Shown here: one piece after another, positions 9,517-20,566 of the stretch | How positions within the stretch are numbered: position 1 is the first letter of the stretch | Layout of the letters: the number at the start of each line of letters is the position of its first letter | From: Staphylococcus phage vB_SepS_456 | Reading direction: 5' to 3' (one strand) | Length of the DNA stretch: 43,266 nucleotides | Sequence record: MW364973.1 | The notes under the pieces: model-generated | Told to the model about the DNA's origin: nothing | The model's database searches: none | The model's input: the letters and a program-made list of their open reading frames with translations, nothing else | Program-made: the position numbers and the translations under genes

Positions 9517-12500
9517 ATGAATAAAAACTTTATGGCTCGTATATCGGCGATCATTACAGATTTCCAACGGAATATCAGAAAAGCTCAACGTATGGCTAAA
9601 ACTGAAATACCTGACGAGATTGAAACACAAGTCGATGCGAATATCAGTAAGTTTAAACGAGCCTTAAACACTGCAAAAGCAATGGCTCAACGTTGGCGAG
9701 AACATACCGTTGATATAGACGGTAACAACAACCCTATCAAACGAGCAATTGCAGTAGTTAAAGAGAAATTACAGCAATTAAGAGATAAAGAAGTAGACAT
9801 AAAAGGTAACAACAACCCCTTAAAACGTTCAGTATTAGGTGCTAAGGCTATGTTGGCAACCTTACATGATAAAACGGTAAAAGTTAACTTTGATACAAGG
9901 GGAATGACAAGAGCTCAAGTATTAACTAGAGCTTTAAGTCAGTCTTTAGATGAATACGGCGACAAAATGGATAGATTAGCTACTCGTATTCGTACATTTG
10001 GTACTGTGTTTGGACAACAAATCAAAGGTGTGCTAATCGCTAGTTTTCAAGGACTTATTCCTATCATAGCTGGATTAGTACCCGCCATCATGGCAGTAGC
10101 TAACGCATTAGGCGTAGTTGCTGGTGGTGCATTAGGTGTAGCTGGTGCATTTGGTATTGCTGCAAGTGGTGCGTTTGCATTTGGTGCTATGGCAGTAAGT
10201 GCAATTAAAATGTTGAATGACGGAACATTACAAGCCACTGCACAAACAAGAAGATATCAAGCGTCTTTAGAACAAGTTAAGTCAACTTGGGAAGGCATTA
10301 TCAAGCAAAATCAAGCACAGATTTTCAACACACTATCTAATGCTTTAGATACAGTTAACGTAGCTTTAGGGCGTATGAAACCATTCTTAGCAGGTATCTC
10401 TAAAGGAATGGAACAAGCGTCACAGAGTGTCTTAAAATGGGCTCAAAACAGTCAAACTGCTAGCAAATTCTTTAACATGATGAATACAACAGGTGTTAAG
10501 ACATTCAACACATTATTAAGTGCTGCAGGACGCTTTGGTGACGGACTTATTAATGTATTCACTCAATTAGGTCCACTATTTTTATGGACTGCTAAAGGCT
10601 TAGATAATCTAGGTAAAAAGTTCCAAAACTGGGCTAACAGTGTAGCAGGTCAAAATGCTATTAAATCTTTTATTGAATACACTAAAACTAATTTACCTAA
10701 AATAGGTCAAATATTTGGCAATGTATTCATGGGTATTGGTAACTTGATGAAAGCATTTGCTCAAAACAGCTCTAATATCTTTGATTGGCTAGTTAAAATG
10801 ACTGCTAAGTTTAGAGAATGGTCTGAACAAGTCGGTAAATCTGAAGGGTTTAAAAAGTTTGTTCAGTATGTGCAAGAGAATGGTCCAGTCATTATGGATC
10901 TAATCGGTAATATCGTAAGAGTTTTGGTTGCATTCGGCACTGCAATGGCGCCAATAGCAAGTGTTATATTAAAAGTAGTAACGGCATTAGCTGGTTTCAT
11001 AGCTAAGTTGTTTGAAACACACCCTGCTATAGCTCGAATGGTTGGTATAGGTATGATACTCGGTGGTATGTTGTGGGCTTTACTAGCACCAATCATTGCA
11101 GTAAGTACATTGCTATCTAATGTGTTCGGTGTAGGTTTAATCCAAACTATCGGTAAAATGTTAGCTTTTGCTAGAAACACTCAAATACTTAGAAGTGCGT
11201 TAAACCTAGTGAAAATCGCATTTAGACTTCTCATGAGCCCTATTAGTACAATTATGCGTATCTTACCTATGTTAAGTGGCGCTTTCCAAGCATTGGGTGT
11301 AGCTATAGGCGCGATTTCATGGCCTGTATTGGCTATCATAGGCGTTATCGTTGCTTTAATAGGTATTATTGTTTGGTTATGGAAAACGAACGAGAATTTC
11401 AGAAAAACTTGTGTTGAAGCTTGGAACACAATTAAAGATACGATAATGAACGCTGTAAAAACAGTGATTAACTGGTTTAATCAGTTCAGAGCGTCTATCG
11501 AACAAACGCTCCAACCAATTATGCCTATCTTACAAATGTTAGGACAAGTTGCAAACCAAGTTCTCGGCTTCTTATTCATCAGCCTCATCAATGGTTTAGT
11601 AACTGCTTTCCAATCTCTTTGGACTGTGATTTCAGTAGTATTCACTGCGATAGGTGGAATACTACAAGCTGCTACGCAATTGATTTTCGGTTTGTTTACT
11701 GCATTAATACAGCTCCTTACCGGAGATTTTTCTGGCGCTTGGCAAACTTTACAAACTACGATTTCTAATGTAATGACTACGATTTGGAATACCATATTGT
11801 CAATTTGGGGCCAAATTTCTAACTTCATATTCAATGTTTTGAACAGAATACTTGGTACTAATATTACAAGTTGGAACCAAATTTGGTCTGCGATTTCAGG
11901 TGCAGTTACTAGAATATGGAATACAGTATCAAGTTGGTTTTCACGTGTAGTTTCAACTGTTGCTCAAAAAATGATGCAAGCATTAAGTCGCATCATTTCT
12001 GGTGGTGCTCGTTGGGTTTCAAGTATCATTTCTGCGATGAGTAGATTTGTTCAAGGCGTGGTTAGTGGTTTTGTTAGAGTTGTATCACAAGTGGCTTCTG
12101 GTATGGGTAGAGCTGTTTCCAAAGTCAGAAGTTTCTTCGGTCGTTTTACAGAAGTAGGGAGATACTTAATGCAAGGACTAGCTAACGGAATCATGAAAGG
12201 TGTTAGTTGGGTAGTTAAAGCAGCTAAAGGTGTAGCAGAACGTGCAGTAAATGCAGCGAAAAGTGCGTTAGGCATTGCATCACCTTCTAAAGTGTTTAGA
12301 GGAATTGGTGAATATGTATCTCAAGGTTTAGGTATTGGTATTATGGAACAAAGCAATAGTGCTATTAATGCCAGTCGTCGTTTAGCGAAAGATGTAACTA
12401 ACGCATTTAGCCCTGATTTAAACACTGATTTAACATCAGACTTAACAGGTGGATTAAATAGCGATGTGAACGCACATATGAGTAAAGACGTACGTCATAG

Positions 12501-12621
12501 CATGCAAGAGAACAATAAACCTATCGTTAATGTGACTGTTCGTAATGAGTCAGATATACCGGCCATTAAATCTTACATTGAAGATTCCAACTCAAAAGAC
12601 GCAAGTTTCGGATTATTTTAA
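9517..12621 (+). CDS. Tail tape measure protein
   Basis: 1034 aa, coiled-coil N-terminus, long hydrophobic Gly/Ala-rich core, position after G/GT; RBS aaaggagg. Confidence 0.9.
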   Translation: MNKNFMARISAIITDFQRNIRKAQRMAKTEIPDEIETQVDANISKFKRALNTAKAMAQRWREHTVDIDGNNNPIKRAIAVVKEKLQQLRDKEVDIKGNNNPLKRSVLGAKAMLATLHDKTVKVNFDTRGMTRAQVLTRALSQSLDEYGDKMDRLATRIRTFGTVFGQQIKGVLIASFQGLIPIIAGLVPAIMAVANALGVVAGGALGVAGAFGIAASGAFAFGAMAVSAIKMLNDGTLQATAQTRRYQASLEQVKSTWEGIIKQNQAQIFNTLSNALDTVNVALGRMKPFLAGISKGMEQASQSVLKWAQNSQTASKFFNMMNTTGVKTFNTLLSAAGRFGDGLINVFTQLGPLFLWTAKGLDNLGKKFQNWANSVAGQNAIKSFIEYTKTNLPKIGQIFGNVFMGIGNLMKAFAQNSSNIFDWLVKMTAKFREWSEQVGKSEGFKKFVQYVQENGPVIMDLIGNIVRVLVAFGTAMAPIASVILKVVTALAGFIAKLFETHPAIARMVGIGMILGGMLWALLAPIIAVSTLLSNVFGVGLIQTIGKMLAFARNTQILRSALNLVKIAFRLLMSPISTIMRILPMLSGAFQALGVAIGAISWPVLAIIGVIVALIGIIVWLWKTNENFRKTCVEAWNTIKDTIMNAVKTVINWFNQFRASIEQTLQPIMPILQMLGQVANQVLGFLFISLINGLVTAFQSLWTVISVVFTAIGGILQAATQLIFGLFTALIQLLTGDFSGAWQTLQTTISNVMTTIWNTILSIWGQISNFIFNVLNRILGTNITSWNQIWSAISGAVTRIWNTVSSWFSRVVSTVAQKMMQALSRIISGGARWVSSIISAMSRFVQGVVSGFVRVVSQVASGMGRAVSKVRSFFGRFTEVGRYLMQGLANGIMKGVSWVVKAAKGVAERAVNAAKSALGIASPSKVFRGIGEYVSQGLGIGIMEQSNSAINASRRLAKDVTNAFSPDLNTDLTSDLTGGLNSDVNAHMSKDVRHSMQENNKPIVNVTVRNESDIPAIKSYIEDSNSKDASFGLF

Positions 12622-12636
12622 AGGAGTGATTGTTAA

Positions 12637-13575
12637 TTGATATTACATGATGTTGAAGTTTACAAAAATAAAGAACGTTTACGTATTAGTAACAATCGCT
12701 TTACTGGTACTGCGTTGAGAGTTGTTTCTTATGATGTAAAAGGAGCAGGGTATGAACGTAAGTTTGACGAAATTGATCGTGTTAACGGTAGATTTCACAA
12801 CGCTACTAAAGAAGAAAAGAAAAGTATATCTATGACTGTTAGGTACGATGTAGAAAAGATAGCTTATGCTTCTCATTTAAAAGCGAACATACAAGCTATG
12901 CTAAGAGGTCATTTTTATCTTAGAGAATTAGCAGCATCCGAAAGTGAAATTAAATTTGAGAATATATTCGAACCTAAGGAACAATCTTTTGAACTAGAAT
13001 ATGTTGACGGTAGGCAGATACTTGTTGGCTTAGTTAATGAAGTGTCATTCGATACTACTAAAACGTCAGGTGAATTCACACTAGATTTCGAAACGATTGA
13101 ATTACCATACTTTGAGAGTATTGGGTATAGTACAGATTTAGAAAAAGAGAGTGGTAATTTGAATAAATGGGGTATTCCAGACAAAAACCCGTTCAACACA
13201 TCTCATAAAGAACGTAGATACACATTCTATGACACTAAAGTTGGCGATGTATATTACGGTGGTACAGCTGAAATTAACCAATTTAACCAAGATAGTGTTG
13301 TAGAAATGACACTTGGAGAAAATGTCAGTAAAAATGATAGCGATGGTTTTAACTTCTATATGACACATAGTGACATTATGAAAATAAGTGGATTAGAATT
13401 GAGAGCCGGTGATGTTATCAAATTTGACGGCATTCATGTATATCGTAATAACTTACGCATTGATGATTACAACAAGACAAAACAACAACCTGTATTAATG
13501 CCTGGTTGGAATACCTTCCATACTACTAAGAAACTTCAAAAAATTACGTTTAAACATAAAAGATATTACTTGTAA
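12637..13575 (+). CDS. Distal tail protein (Dit)
   Basis: 312 aa directly after tape measure; TTG start with RBS aaggagtga. Confidence 0.65.
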   Translation: MILHDVEVYKNKERLRISNNRFTGTALRVVSYDVKGAGYERKFDEIDRVNGRFHNATKEEKKSISMTVRYDVEKIAYASHLKANIQAMLRGHFYLRELAASESEIKFENIFEPKEQSFELEYVDGRQILVGLVNEVSFDTTKTSGEFTLDFETIELPYFESIGYSTDLEKESGNLNKWGIPDKNPFNTSHKERRYTFYDTKVGDVYYGGTAEINQFNQDSVVEMTLGENVSKNDSDGFNFYMTHSDIMKISGLELRAGDVIKFDGIHVYRNNLRIDDYNKTKQQPVLMPGWNTFHTTKKLQKITFKHKRYYL

Positions 13576-13588
13576 GGAGGTTGCTTAA

Positions 13589-15445
13589 TTGCCAATATTA
13601 TTAAAAACGTTACAGGGCATTGGGCAATCCCTACCTGTAGAAACAAAATTAAACGAGAAATTAAATGAAGATGGCTCCTTAGAAATAGAAATGGTAGAAA
13701 ACAAAGCTACATTTGACGCTATAGGGGCTATTACTAAAATGTGGACGATTACAGGTGTTGGTGGTGCTGATGACCTAAACGAATACCGTATCGTTATGTT
13801 AGACAAAACAACTGTAGGTCAAAAGGAAAAGTTAACAATCAAAGCGCGTCCTGTTGAATTAGACGACCTAAACAATTTAAGGGTGTACGAAGTATATAAT
13901 GGTAGTTTTACAGGAAAAAGCTACTTTGATTTAGTTTTTAAAGATACTGGATATAAGTACGAATTACACGCTAAGGTTTCATCTTCTAGGTTTGAAAATC
14001 TAGGTAACCACGACACTAATTTAGAATTATTCAAAAAAGGTTTGGAAAGATATAACTTAGAATATGAATATAACGCCAAAACAAAGACGTTTCATTTATA
14101 TGATATTGTTCAAAGAAAAGCTAACTATTACATTAAAGCAGGTGTCAATGCTAATAATGTAAAAGTTCAAGAAGATGCTTCTAAATGTTACACATACATT
14201 AGAGGGTATGGTGGTTTTGATGAGCAACAAACTTTCAACGAAGCTAGCTTGCAATATGAGTATACACACCCCTTAGCTGACTTAATAGGCAAACGCCATG
14301 CACCACCTGTTATAGATGGACGCATAACTAAAGGGGATACACTGAAAAAAGCTATGGAGTTAGTTATACAAGAAAGTTTAAAAACGTCTGTAACACTAGA
14401 TTTCATTTCTTTGCAAAAACATTTTAAAGAAGCAGTGCCTAGAGTTGGGGATATTGTGAATGTAATTGATGATTTAATAGGTTTAAATGAGTTTGTTAGA
14501 ATTATCGAAATCACTACACAACGAGATATTAACAACAAGATTATAAAACAAGACGTAGTACTTGGGGAATTCAGATTACAAGATAGATATATGAAAGCAG
14601 TAAATACTGCTGCAAATTATGTTAAAGCTATTAAGTCTAACAAATCTGATCCAGCTAAAGACTTAAGGATGATTCAAGCTCAAAACAACGCAAATACTAA
14701 GACTGCACAAGATTTACAGAAGAAAACCGATGAAATAAAAAGAAGATTAGAAAGCGCGCATGCTAAGAGTGTTACAACTGCAAACGGTACTATTGTTCAC
14801 GACTTTACACCTAAATCTAAGATTAGGAAAGTTAAAACAATAGGTACTATTGGAGATTCTGTAGCTAAAGGTTCAGGTGCTAAAACCAACTTTACGCAAA
14901 TGTTAGCTAAGAAGATTAAGGCTAAGTCAACTAACTTAGCTGTTAGTGGTGCGACAATGAGCACAAACAAAGAGAATAGCATATATGAACAAGCGACTAA
15001 AATTAAAGGTGATTTAATCATTGTTCAAGGTACAGATGACGACTGGACAAACGATATTAAGATAGGCACTGATAAAACGGATACTAAAACGTTTTACGGT
15101 GCCTTTTATAGTGCTATCACTAAAATCAAGAGTAATAACCCTAACTCTAAAATAATTGTTATGACACCTACTAAACAATGTTATATAAAAGACGGCAAAA
15201 CCGTAAGAAAAGACACTACTAAGAACGATTTAGGTCATACTTTAGCTGATTATGTAGATGTTCAAATAGACGCTTGTAACGAACTGGATATACCTGTGTA
15301 TGACGCTTATCATTCAACACAATTCAAACCCAATATACCTTCGTACAGAAAATCGAGTATGCCTGACGGGGTACACCCTAATGAAAAAGGGCACGAGGTC
15401 ATTATGTATGAATTGATTAAAAACTTTTATGGTTTTTATGGCTAA
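13589..15445 (+). CDS. Tail-associated protein (Tal) with C-terminal SGNH/GDSL esterase domain
   Basis: 618 aa after Dit; C-terminal IGTIGDSVAKGSGA (GDS block) and DGVHPN block typical of SGNH hydrolases; TTG start with AGGAGG RBS. Confidence 0.65.
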   Translation: MPILLKTLQGIGQSLPVETKLNEKLNEDGSLEIEMVENKATFDAIGAITKMWTITGVGGADDLNEYRIVMLDKTTVGQKEKLTIKARPVELDDLNNLRVYEVYNGSFTGKSYFDLVFKDTGYKYELHAKVSSSRFENLGNHDTNLELFKKGLERYNLEYEYNAKTKTFHLYDIVQRKANYYIKAGVNANNVKVQEDASKCYTYIRGYGGFDEQQTFNEASLQYEYTHPLADLIGKRHAPPVIDGRITKGDTLKKAMELVIQESLKTSVTLDFISLQKHFKEAVPRVGDIVNVIDDLIGLNEFVRIIEITTQRDINNKIIKQDVVLGEFRLQDRYMKAVNTAANYVKAIKSNKSDPAKDLRMIQAQNNANTKTAQDLQKKTDEIKRRLESAHAKSVTTANGTIVHDFTPKSKIRKVKTIGTIGDSVAKGSGAKTNFTQMLAKKIKAKSTNLAVSGATMSTNKENSIYEQATKIKGDLIIVQGTDDDWTNDIKIGTDKTDTKTFYGAFYSAITKIKSNNPNSKIIVMTPTKQCYIKDGKTVRKDTTKNDLGHTLADYVDVQIDACNELDIPVYDAYHSTQFKPNIPSYRKSSMPDGVHPNEKGHEVIMYELIKNFYGFYG

Positions 15446-15459
15446 GGAGGTCAAAAAAT

Positions 15460-18126
15460 TTGAAATTAGATAACTTAATTACGAAACTTCACTCGTACTT
15501 TAGTCAAAAGTTTGTAAGTCAACTTGAGAATAACTTCGAACAAATAAAATACTGGACTAATAAAAGTGATGATAGCTTTAACGAGCATTTAACCACTCAA
15601 AAAAATGCGCATACAACTGATCAAATCAAACACAAAACTACAAAAGGTAAAGATGTTGTATTATCTAATCATGAAAATTATCAAGATGAACTTATTGAAC
15701 ATCTTGTGTTAGGACATAATGGAGATGGAATACAAGAATTAAGAGCAAGTCACACATCAATGGACGCTCAAAGTTTCGATTCTTTACACCAACGTCTATA
15801 TCACGACTTTTTAAGAGAAAGTAACGCTAGAGAAGAACTAAGAGCCGACTTAACCAAGAAAATACAACGTATTGTTAATGTTGATGATTTCGGAGGAGAT
15901 CCAACAGGACAAAAAGACAGTACAAAGGCATTTCAAGACGCATTAGGTAACGGCAATGTACAGGTAACTATGAGTGGCGGTACTTACCTTACAACAGGTA
16001 TTAAAATGCCTAACAACTCTCGTTTGGTAGGACAAGGTAAAGACATTACTACTATTAAGCTAATGGATAAAACACCAGCAGAGAACATAGGTATCACTAA
16101 CTTAAAAATGAGTGGCGGAGCTGAAAACATTTCTTTAGAAAGTTTTTCGTTCAACGGGAATAAGTTTAGACAAAATAAAACACTTAAAGCTACCGGTGGT
16201 TCTCGTTCATCTAACATTAGATTTGCGGGTGTAACTAATGGATATATCTATAACGTTAAATCATATGACGCTTTACTACACTGTATCGATGTAACATATG
16301 CAAATGACAATTATTACTACGAAGGCGATGGAAACAGAGTGCCTTACGCATTAGAAAGTAAGCATATTCATATTGATAATTGTGAGGTATATGGTTGCGG
16401 AGATGATGGTATCACTACCCATCACTCTCGTTACATTACAATTTCTAATTGTTATGCACATACACCAACAGGTGGAAGTAATAACAACGGTGTAGAAATT
16501 GACGATGGCTCACAATATGTGTTCTTATCAAACAACAGAACCAAAGGTAACTTCGGTGGTTTAGAAATCAAAGCACACAGTAACACAAGTGCTGCAAGTG
16601 GCGTATTCGTTAACGGTCACGTATCAATCGAAGATACAAGAGCTTACAACATTCGACACATCGGTCATCATAGAGCTAAAACGGACAATAAAAGTTTGAC
16701 TGCTTATGACGTGGTGCTAAATAATTGCTTAGCTTTAAACCCTAAATACAATGGTGTGTATCCAGGCTCAACACCTAGAGCATTATTAATCAGTGCTTAT
16801 AAAAATGTATCAGTCAATAATTTCACTGCAATTGGTGATGATGATTTCGGAAAATTAGAAGGTGGAAAACTAGATAAAAAACAACCAGCAATAGCCATCC
16901 AATTCATGTCCGAAAACATCTCGCTTAATAATATTAATGTGCGTAACTTTAAAAATGCAGAAGTAGATATTAGATTATTTGGCGGAGATAATAGACCTTC
17001 AAGAGTTATTTTAAACAATATCAATATTTGGAATTCATCTAACAATATCGGTATCGGTGTTGGAAGTAAAATATACGATACTAAAATAACTAATTGTAAC
17101 TTACACGGTAATGGTTCGGGCATAGGATTACGTTTGACAAATAACCACGCTATGATTAGTGGTATCACAGCAAACAATTATTCAACACCTGCATGGATAG
17201 CCGGCGAAAAATACGACACACCTCCTACAGTTGGAAAAGGTGGTGCTAGTATAGCGTCTACAGGAAGTGCAGGCGTAGCTAATGCTAGTGCAGTTATTGC
17301 GTCAACAGGTGGTTCGAAAGCATACAGTAATCGTAGCTTTGTATTAGGTTCTGGTGCTAACTCCAAATCTTATGGATCACGTAGTGGTATTATCAACTCG
17401 TTAAATTCAGAAACAGACAAGTCAGGACACACACAATTAATTCTTAATAGTAATCGTGTTAAGTCACCTGGTAACTATCATGTTGTCGCTGGATATGGTT
17501 CTAGTGGTAATGCTTCTACATCTAACATTAAATTTGATTTAAGCACTTATTCAGGAAACTTAACTTTAGCCGGTCAACTTAAACAAGATAGTGCCGATAT
17601 CGCAGAGTTATTTGAGTCACAAAATGGATTAGCAATCGATTTAGGAACTATCGTTACATTAGACGGCGATAAGATAAGAAAAGCGCAACCTAATGACACA
17701 CCAATTGGCGTTATATCTGGAACTGCTGCATTGGTAGCAAATGAAAAAACATTCCACCATAAAGATAGATTTTTAAAAAATGAGTATGGAGTAACGATTA
17801 CAAACAGAAAACAAGTTGAATTTGTAGACGATGAAGGAAATGTTTCTTTCGAATGGCGTGACATACCAGTAGAAAACCCTGAATATAACGACAAAATCGA
17901 TTATCAATCACGTTCAGAACGACCTGAATGGAATGTAGTCGGATTATTAGGTCAAATCTACACGAACATTGAAAAAGACGTTATACCAGGCGACTATATC
18001 AACGGTAGAGCAGGTGTAGGATATAAAGATAATGTGAATGGTAAAGGTCGTGTCATGAAAATAACTTCTGAATACACTGAAGAACGTGGATGTGCAATAG
18101 CATTAGTATTGTGGGGTGCTAAATAA
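15460..18126 (+). CDS. Tail fibre / receptor-binding or glycan-degrading protein with right-handed beta-helix (pectate-lyase-like)
   Basis: 888 aa; repeats of N/G/T-rich beta-helix rungs (..CGDDGITTHHSRYITISNCYAHTP..); TTG start with RBS aaggagg. Confidence 0.55.
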   Translation: MKLDNLITKLHSYFSQKFVSQLENNFEQIKYWTNKSDDSFNEHLTTQKNAHTTDQIKHKTTKGKDVVLSNHENYQDELIEHLVLGHNGDGIQELRASHTSMDAQSFDSLHQRLYHDFLRESNAREELRADLTKKIQRIVNVDDFGGDPTGQKDSTKAFQDALGNGNVQVTMSGGTYLTTGIKMPNNSRLVGQGKDITTIKLMDKTPAENIGITNLKMSGGAENISLESFSFNGNKFRQNKTLKATGGSRSSNIRFAGVTNGYIYNVKSYDALLHCIDVTYANDNYYYEGDGNRVPYALESKHIHIDNCEVYGCGDDGITTHHSRYITISNCYAHTPTGGSNNNGVEIDDGSQYVFLSNNRTKGNFGGLEIKAHSNTSAASGVFVNGHVSIEDTRAYNIRHIGHHRAKTDNKSLTAYDVVLNNCLALNPKYNGVYPGSTPRALLISAYKNVSVNNFTAIGDDDFGKLEGGKLDKKQPAIAIQFMSENISLNNINVRNFKNAEVDIRLFGGDNRPSRVILNNINIWNSSNNIGIGVGSKIYDTKITNCNLHGNGSGIGLRLTNNHAMISGITANNYSTPAWIAGEKYDTPPTVGKGGASIASTGSAGVANASAVIASTGGSKAYSNRSFVLGSGANSKSYGSRSGIINSLNSETDKSGHTQLILNSNRVKSPGNYHVVAGYGSSGNASTSNIKFDLSTYSGNLTLAGQLKQDSADIAELFESQNGLAIDLGTIVTLDGDKIRKAQPNDTPIGVISGTAALVANEKTFHHKDRFLKNEYGVTITNRKQVEFVDDEGNVSFEWRDIPVENPEYNDKIDYQSRSERPEWNVVGLLGQIYTNIEKDVIPGDYINGRAGVGYKDNVNGKGRVMKITSEYTEERGCAIALVLWGAK

Positions 18127-19658
18127 TGGAATTAGAAAAAGTAGGTAAACTTGATTTAAACGAAGAACCATATTTACAACCGATATCTAATAGAGGTATC
18201 GGTTTTTATAATCTCGATAAAAACACTGCTAAATTTCAATTTGTAGTACAAAAAGACAACAAACCTTTGTTAATCAGCGATAAGAATGTTAAAGGTTATG
18301 CTTTCTTTAAAGCTGCGAACGGAACAGAAGAAAAACGACCTAGTACATCAGGTGTATTAGACGTAGAATTCATTGATCCAATGAAAGGATTAATAGGTGT
18401 TACGGTACCTCAATGGTTTCTGAAAAACGTTGTCGATTCTGAAGTGTTGGGTGAAATTTACTTATCACTCAACGATGTAAACAACGTAGGAAAAGACGAC
18501 ACTGTTGTGTTAGGCACTTTTAAATTCACGGTACGCGACAGTCTTATCAATCAAATCGAAAGTGATATCAAAGTATCTTATATTCGAATGTTTGATGAAT
18601 TGCGTTCGGAATTAGAAAAGAAAGTGCAACAACTTAAGCAAGATATAGGCGATACACAAACGTTGATTGAATCTATTAAGCAAACAGCTGAAGAATACCT
18701 CATTAAAATAAACAAGGCTCAAGCAGACGCTATTGTTTCAATTACAGACGCGTTAATATCGTCTAACCAAAGCATTGACCTAGAGAGAGAAGAAGCTTTA
18801 AGACAAATTGATGCTAAACGTGACGCTATCAAAACGGATTATGATTTAGCTTCAGATACATTCCAAAAAACTTATGATAGCAATGTGGACGCTTTTAATT
18901 CAAATGTTAATCAAGCTAACACAACAATTGATGAAAAGCTACAAATATTTAATGAAACCCTTGAAAGAGATGGCTTTACTACTCCTGAATATGTAGAAAG
19001 TAAGTTTACAGAAAAGGATTGGCAAAAATTTAAATTAACAAATGATGATGGTACTAATTTTTATGATGCCAACCTACAAATAGATTTCGACAATAACGAA
19101 CAATTAATGTCTTTACCGATAGGAACTAGATATGTTGTTCTTACTTTGAACAATCCAGCTGGAACAAATAATAATGGGTGGTTAACAAAGTACAAAAGAA
19201 ATGGAGATGCTGTTCTAATACAATACCAACCTTACAATTCAACTGTAATCTACCAAAAAAGATTTTATAAGAGTTGGAGCAAATGGGAACGTGTTGGTTC
19301 AGATGTTGTAGATACTGGTTGGATTGATTTACAACTAGTGAACAGTGCGTCGCCTCATAACGACTTAGTTTCCAAAGGTGGATTTACTAGTGCGTACAGA
19401 ACAATCACACAGAATGGAGTTACTAAGAAAATGTTACGCATTAATGCTACAACTATCAAACATGGACAGACTATTGCACTTTTACCTAAAGAATTCGTCA
19501 AAAACTTAATGTTTTTCTCAATAAGTGCACCTAGAAACAAAAACAGCGGACGTATTTCGTTGAACACATCAGGAACAGTGAATTTTGACGCTACTGTAGA
19601 TCCATCAGCGTGGACTGATACAGATTATATTTACGGTCAATATGAATGGACGGAGTGA
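18126..19658 (+). CDS. Tail fibre / baseplate protein
   Basis: 510 aa, coiled-coil middle, followed by XkdW/XkdX-like pair. Confidence 0.5.
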   Translation: MELEKVGKLDLNEEPYLQPISNRGIGFYNLDKNTAKFQFVVQKDNKPLLISDKNVKGYAFFKAANGTEEKRPSTSGVLDVEFIDPMKGLIGVTVPQWFLKNVVDSEVLGEIYLSLNDVNNVGKDDTVVLGTFKFTVRDSLINQIESDIKVSYIRMFDELRSELEKKVQQLKQDIGDTQTLIESIKQTAEEYLIKINKAQADAIVSITDALISSNQSIDLEREEALRQIDAKRDAIKTDYDLASDTFQKTYDSNVDAFNSNVNQANTTIDEKLQIFNETLERDGFTTPEYVESKFTEKDWQKFKLTNDDGTNFYDANLQIDFDNNEQLMSLPIGTRYVVLTLNNPAGTNNNGWLTKYKRNGDAVLIQYQPYNSTVIYQKRFYKSWSKWERVGSDVVDTGWIDLQLVNSASPHNDLVSKGGFTSAYRTITQNGVTKKMLRINATTIKHGQTIALLPKEFVKNLMFFSISAPRNKNSGRISLNTSGTVNFDATVDPSAWTDTDYIYGQYEWTE

Positions 19659-20001
19659 TGAAATGAAAGTAGTTTATTTATGGAAAAATGGACAAGCAAT
19701 TATTGTTCACAAAAACGAAGAAGATGAATATGTTTATCCTGATGAAAAATGGACAGAGAACCAACCTCCTCAAGGTATTATCTTACCTTGCTATTATGAC
19801 GGTAAACAATGGGTTGGACAAACCCAAGATGAGCTAGAAAAGATGTTGCCTGAAGTAGAAATTCCTGTTGATGACAAAGATATTGCTATAGCTAAATTAA
19901 CTAGCTTAGTTGTCGATTTACAAGAAGAAGTTATGAGTTTGAAGCAGAACATCGCACTAATAACTGAAGAACAAGCAAATCAAAAATTGGGGGAAGCGTA
20001 A
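19642..20001 (+). CDS. XkdW-like small tail protein (copy 1)
   Basis: 119 aa; shares motif PPxGIxxPCxxDGKQW(V/I)G and a C-terminal coiled coil with ORF 23576-23929. Confidence 0.5.
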   Translation: MNGRSDEMKVVYLWKNGQAIIVHKNEEDEYVYPDEKWTENQPPQGIILPCYYDGKQWVGQTQDELEKMLPEVEIPVDDKDIAIAKLTSLVVDLQEEVMSLKQNIALITEEQANQKLGEA

Positions 20002-20002
20002 T

Positions 20003-20143
20003 ATGGATAAAGTAGTAATCGATTTATATAAGAAAAAATTATACACTGACGAAACTTTCAAAAAGTTTGTTAGAGTTGGTTGGATTACTCCGGAACAATT
20101 TAAAGAAACTACAGGTAAAGATTACGAACCACAAGTTAAATAG
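20003..20143 (+). CDS. XkdX-like mini protein (copy 1)
   Basis: 46 aa ORF not in supplied track; MDKVVIDLYKKKLYTDETFKKFVRVGWITPEQFKETTGKDYEPQVK; paralogue of 23922-24068 (..FVKRGFVTPEEYLELTG..). Confidence 0.5.
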   Translation: MDKVVIDLYKKKLYTDETFKKFVRVGWITPEQFKETTGKDYEPQVK

Positions 20144-20160
20144 CTTGTGGTTTTTATTTT
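20129..20160 (+). terminator. Rho-independent terminator (ccacaag/cttgtgg stem, 8-nt loop containing the stop codon, then tttttatttt)
   Basis: Perfect 7-bp inverted repeat 20129-20135/20144-20150 plus T-run. Confidence 0.65.
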
Positions 20161-20179
20161 AAGTGAAGTAGGTGTTTAT

Positions 20180-20479
20180 ATGACAGAAAGTAGCCAAAGA
20201 GGGGATTACGAAAGACGTATAAAAAGATTGGAAGATAACGACGAAAAAATCTTCAACTCTTTGGAACAGATAAAAGACGGACAACACAATCAAAATTTGA
20301 TTAATCAAAAAATGAATTTCACTTTGGACTCTATCAACAGAGAGAGAGAATTAGAATCTCAAAACAAAAAAGAAAATCAAAAAAACATCAAAGACATTAA
20401 AATGTGGGTTTTAGGATTGGTTGGCACTATAGCTGGTTCTTTAATCGTAGCAGTATTAAGAATGTTTTTCGGTGTTTAA
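20180..20479 (+). CDS. Hypothetical coiled-coil protein with C-terminal transmembrane anchor
   Basis: 99 aa from ATG 20180 (the track's GTG start at 20147 lies inside the terminator); C-terminal MWVLGLVGTIAGSLIVAVLRMFFGV; bracketed by terminators. Confidence 0.5.
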   Translation: MTESSQRGDYERRIKRLEDNDEKIFNSLEQIKDGQHNQNLINQKMNFTLDSINRERELESQNKKENQKNIKDIKMWVLGLVGTIAGSLIVAVLRMFFGV

Positions 20480-20566
20480 AGGAGGTGAGTTACCATGTTC
20501 GGATTATTTTTAGGTGCAAGTTTTTGGGAATGTTTCTGGTTTGGTAAATGTAAATAATTGAGAAAC

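Noticed and set aside
10047-12275. Several - strand ORFs (63-117 aa) inside the tape-measure gene
   Set aside because: They are the antisense image of the Ala/Gly/Ile-rich tape-measure core, with no RBS and no independent gene context. They are frame artefacts.
20147-20179. GTG start at 20147 for the 110-aa ORF in the supplied track
   Set aside because: The first 11 codons lie inside the terminator stem/T-run. ATG 20180 is the plausible start.
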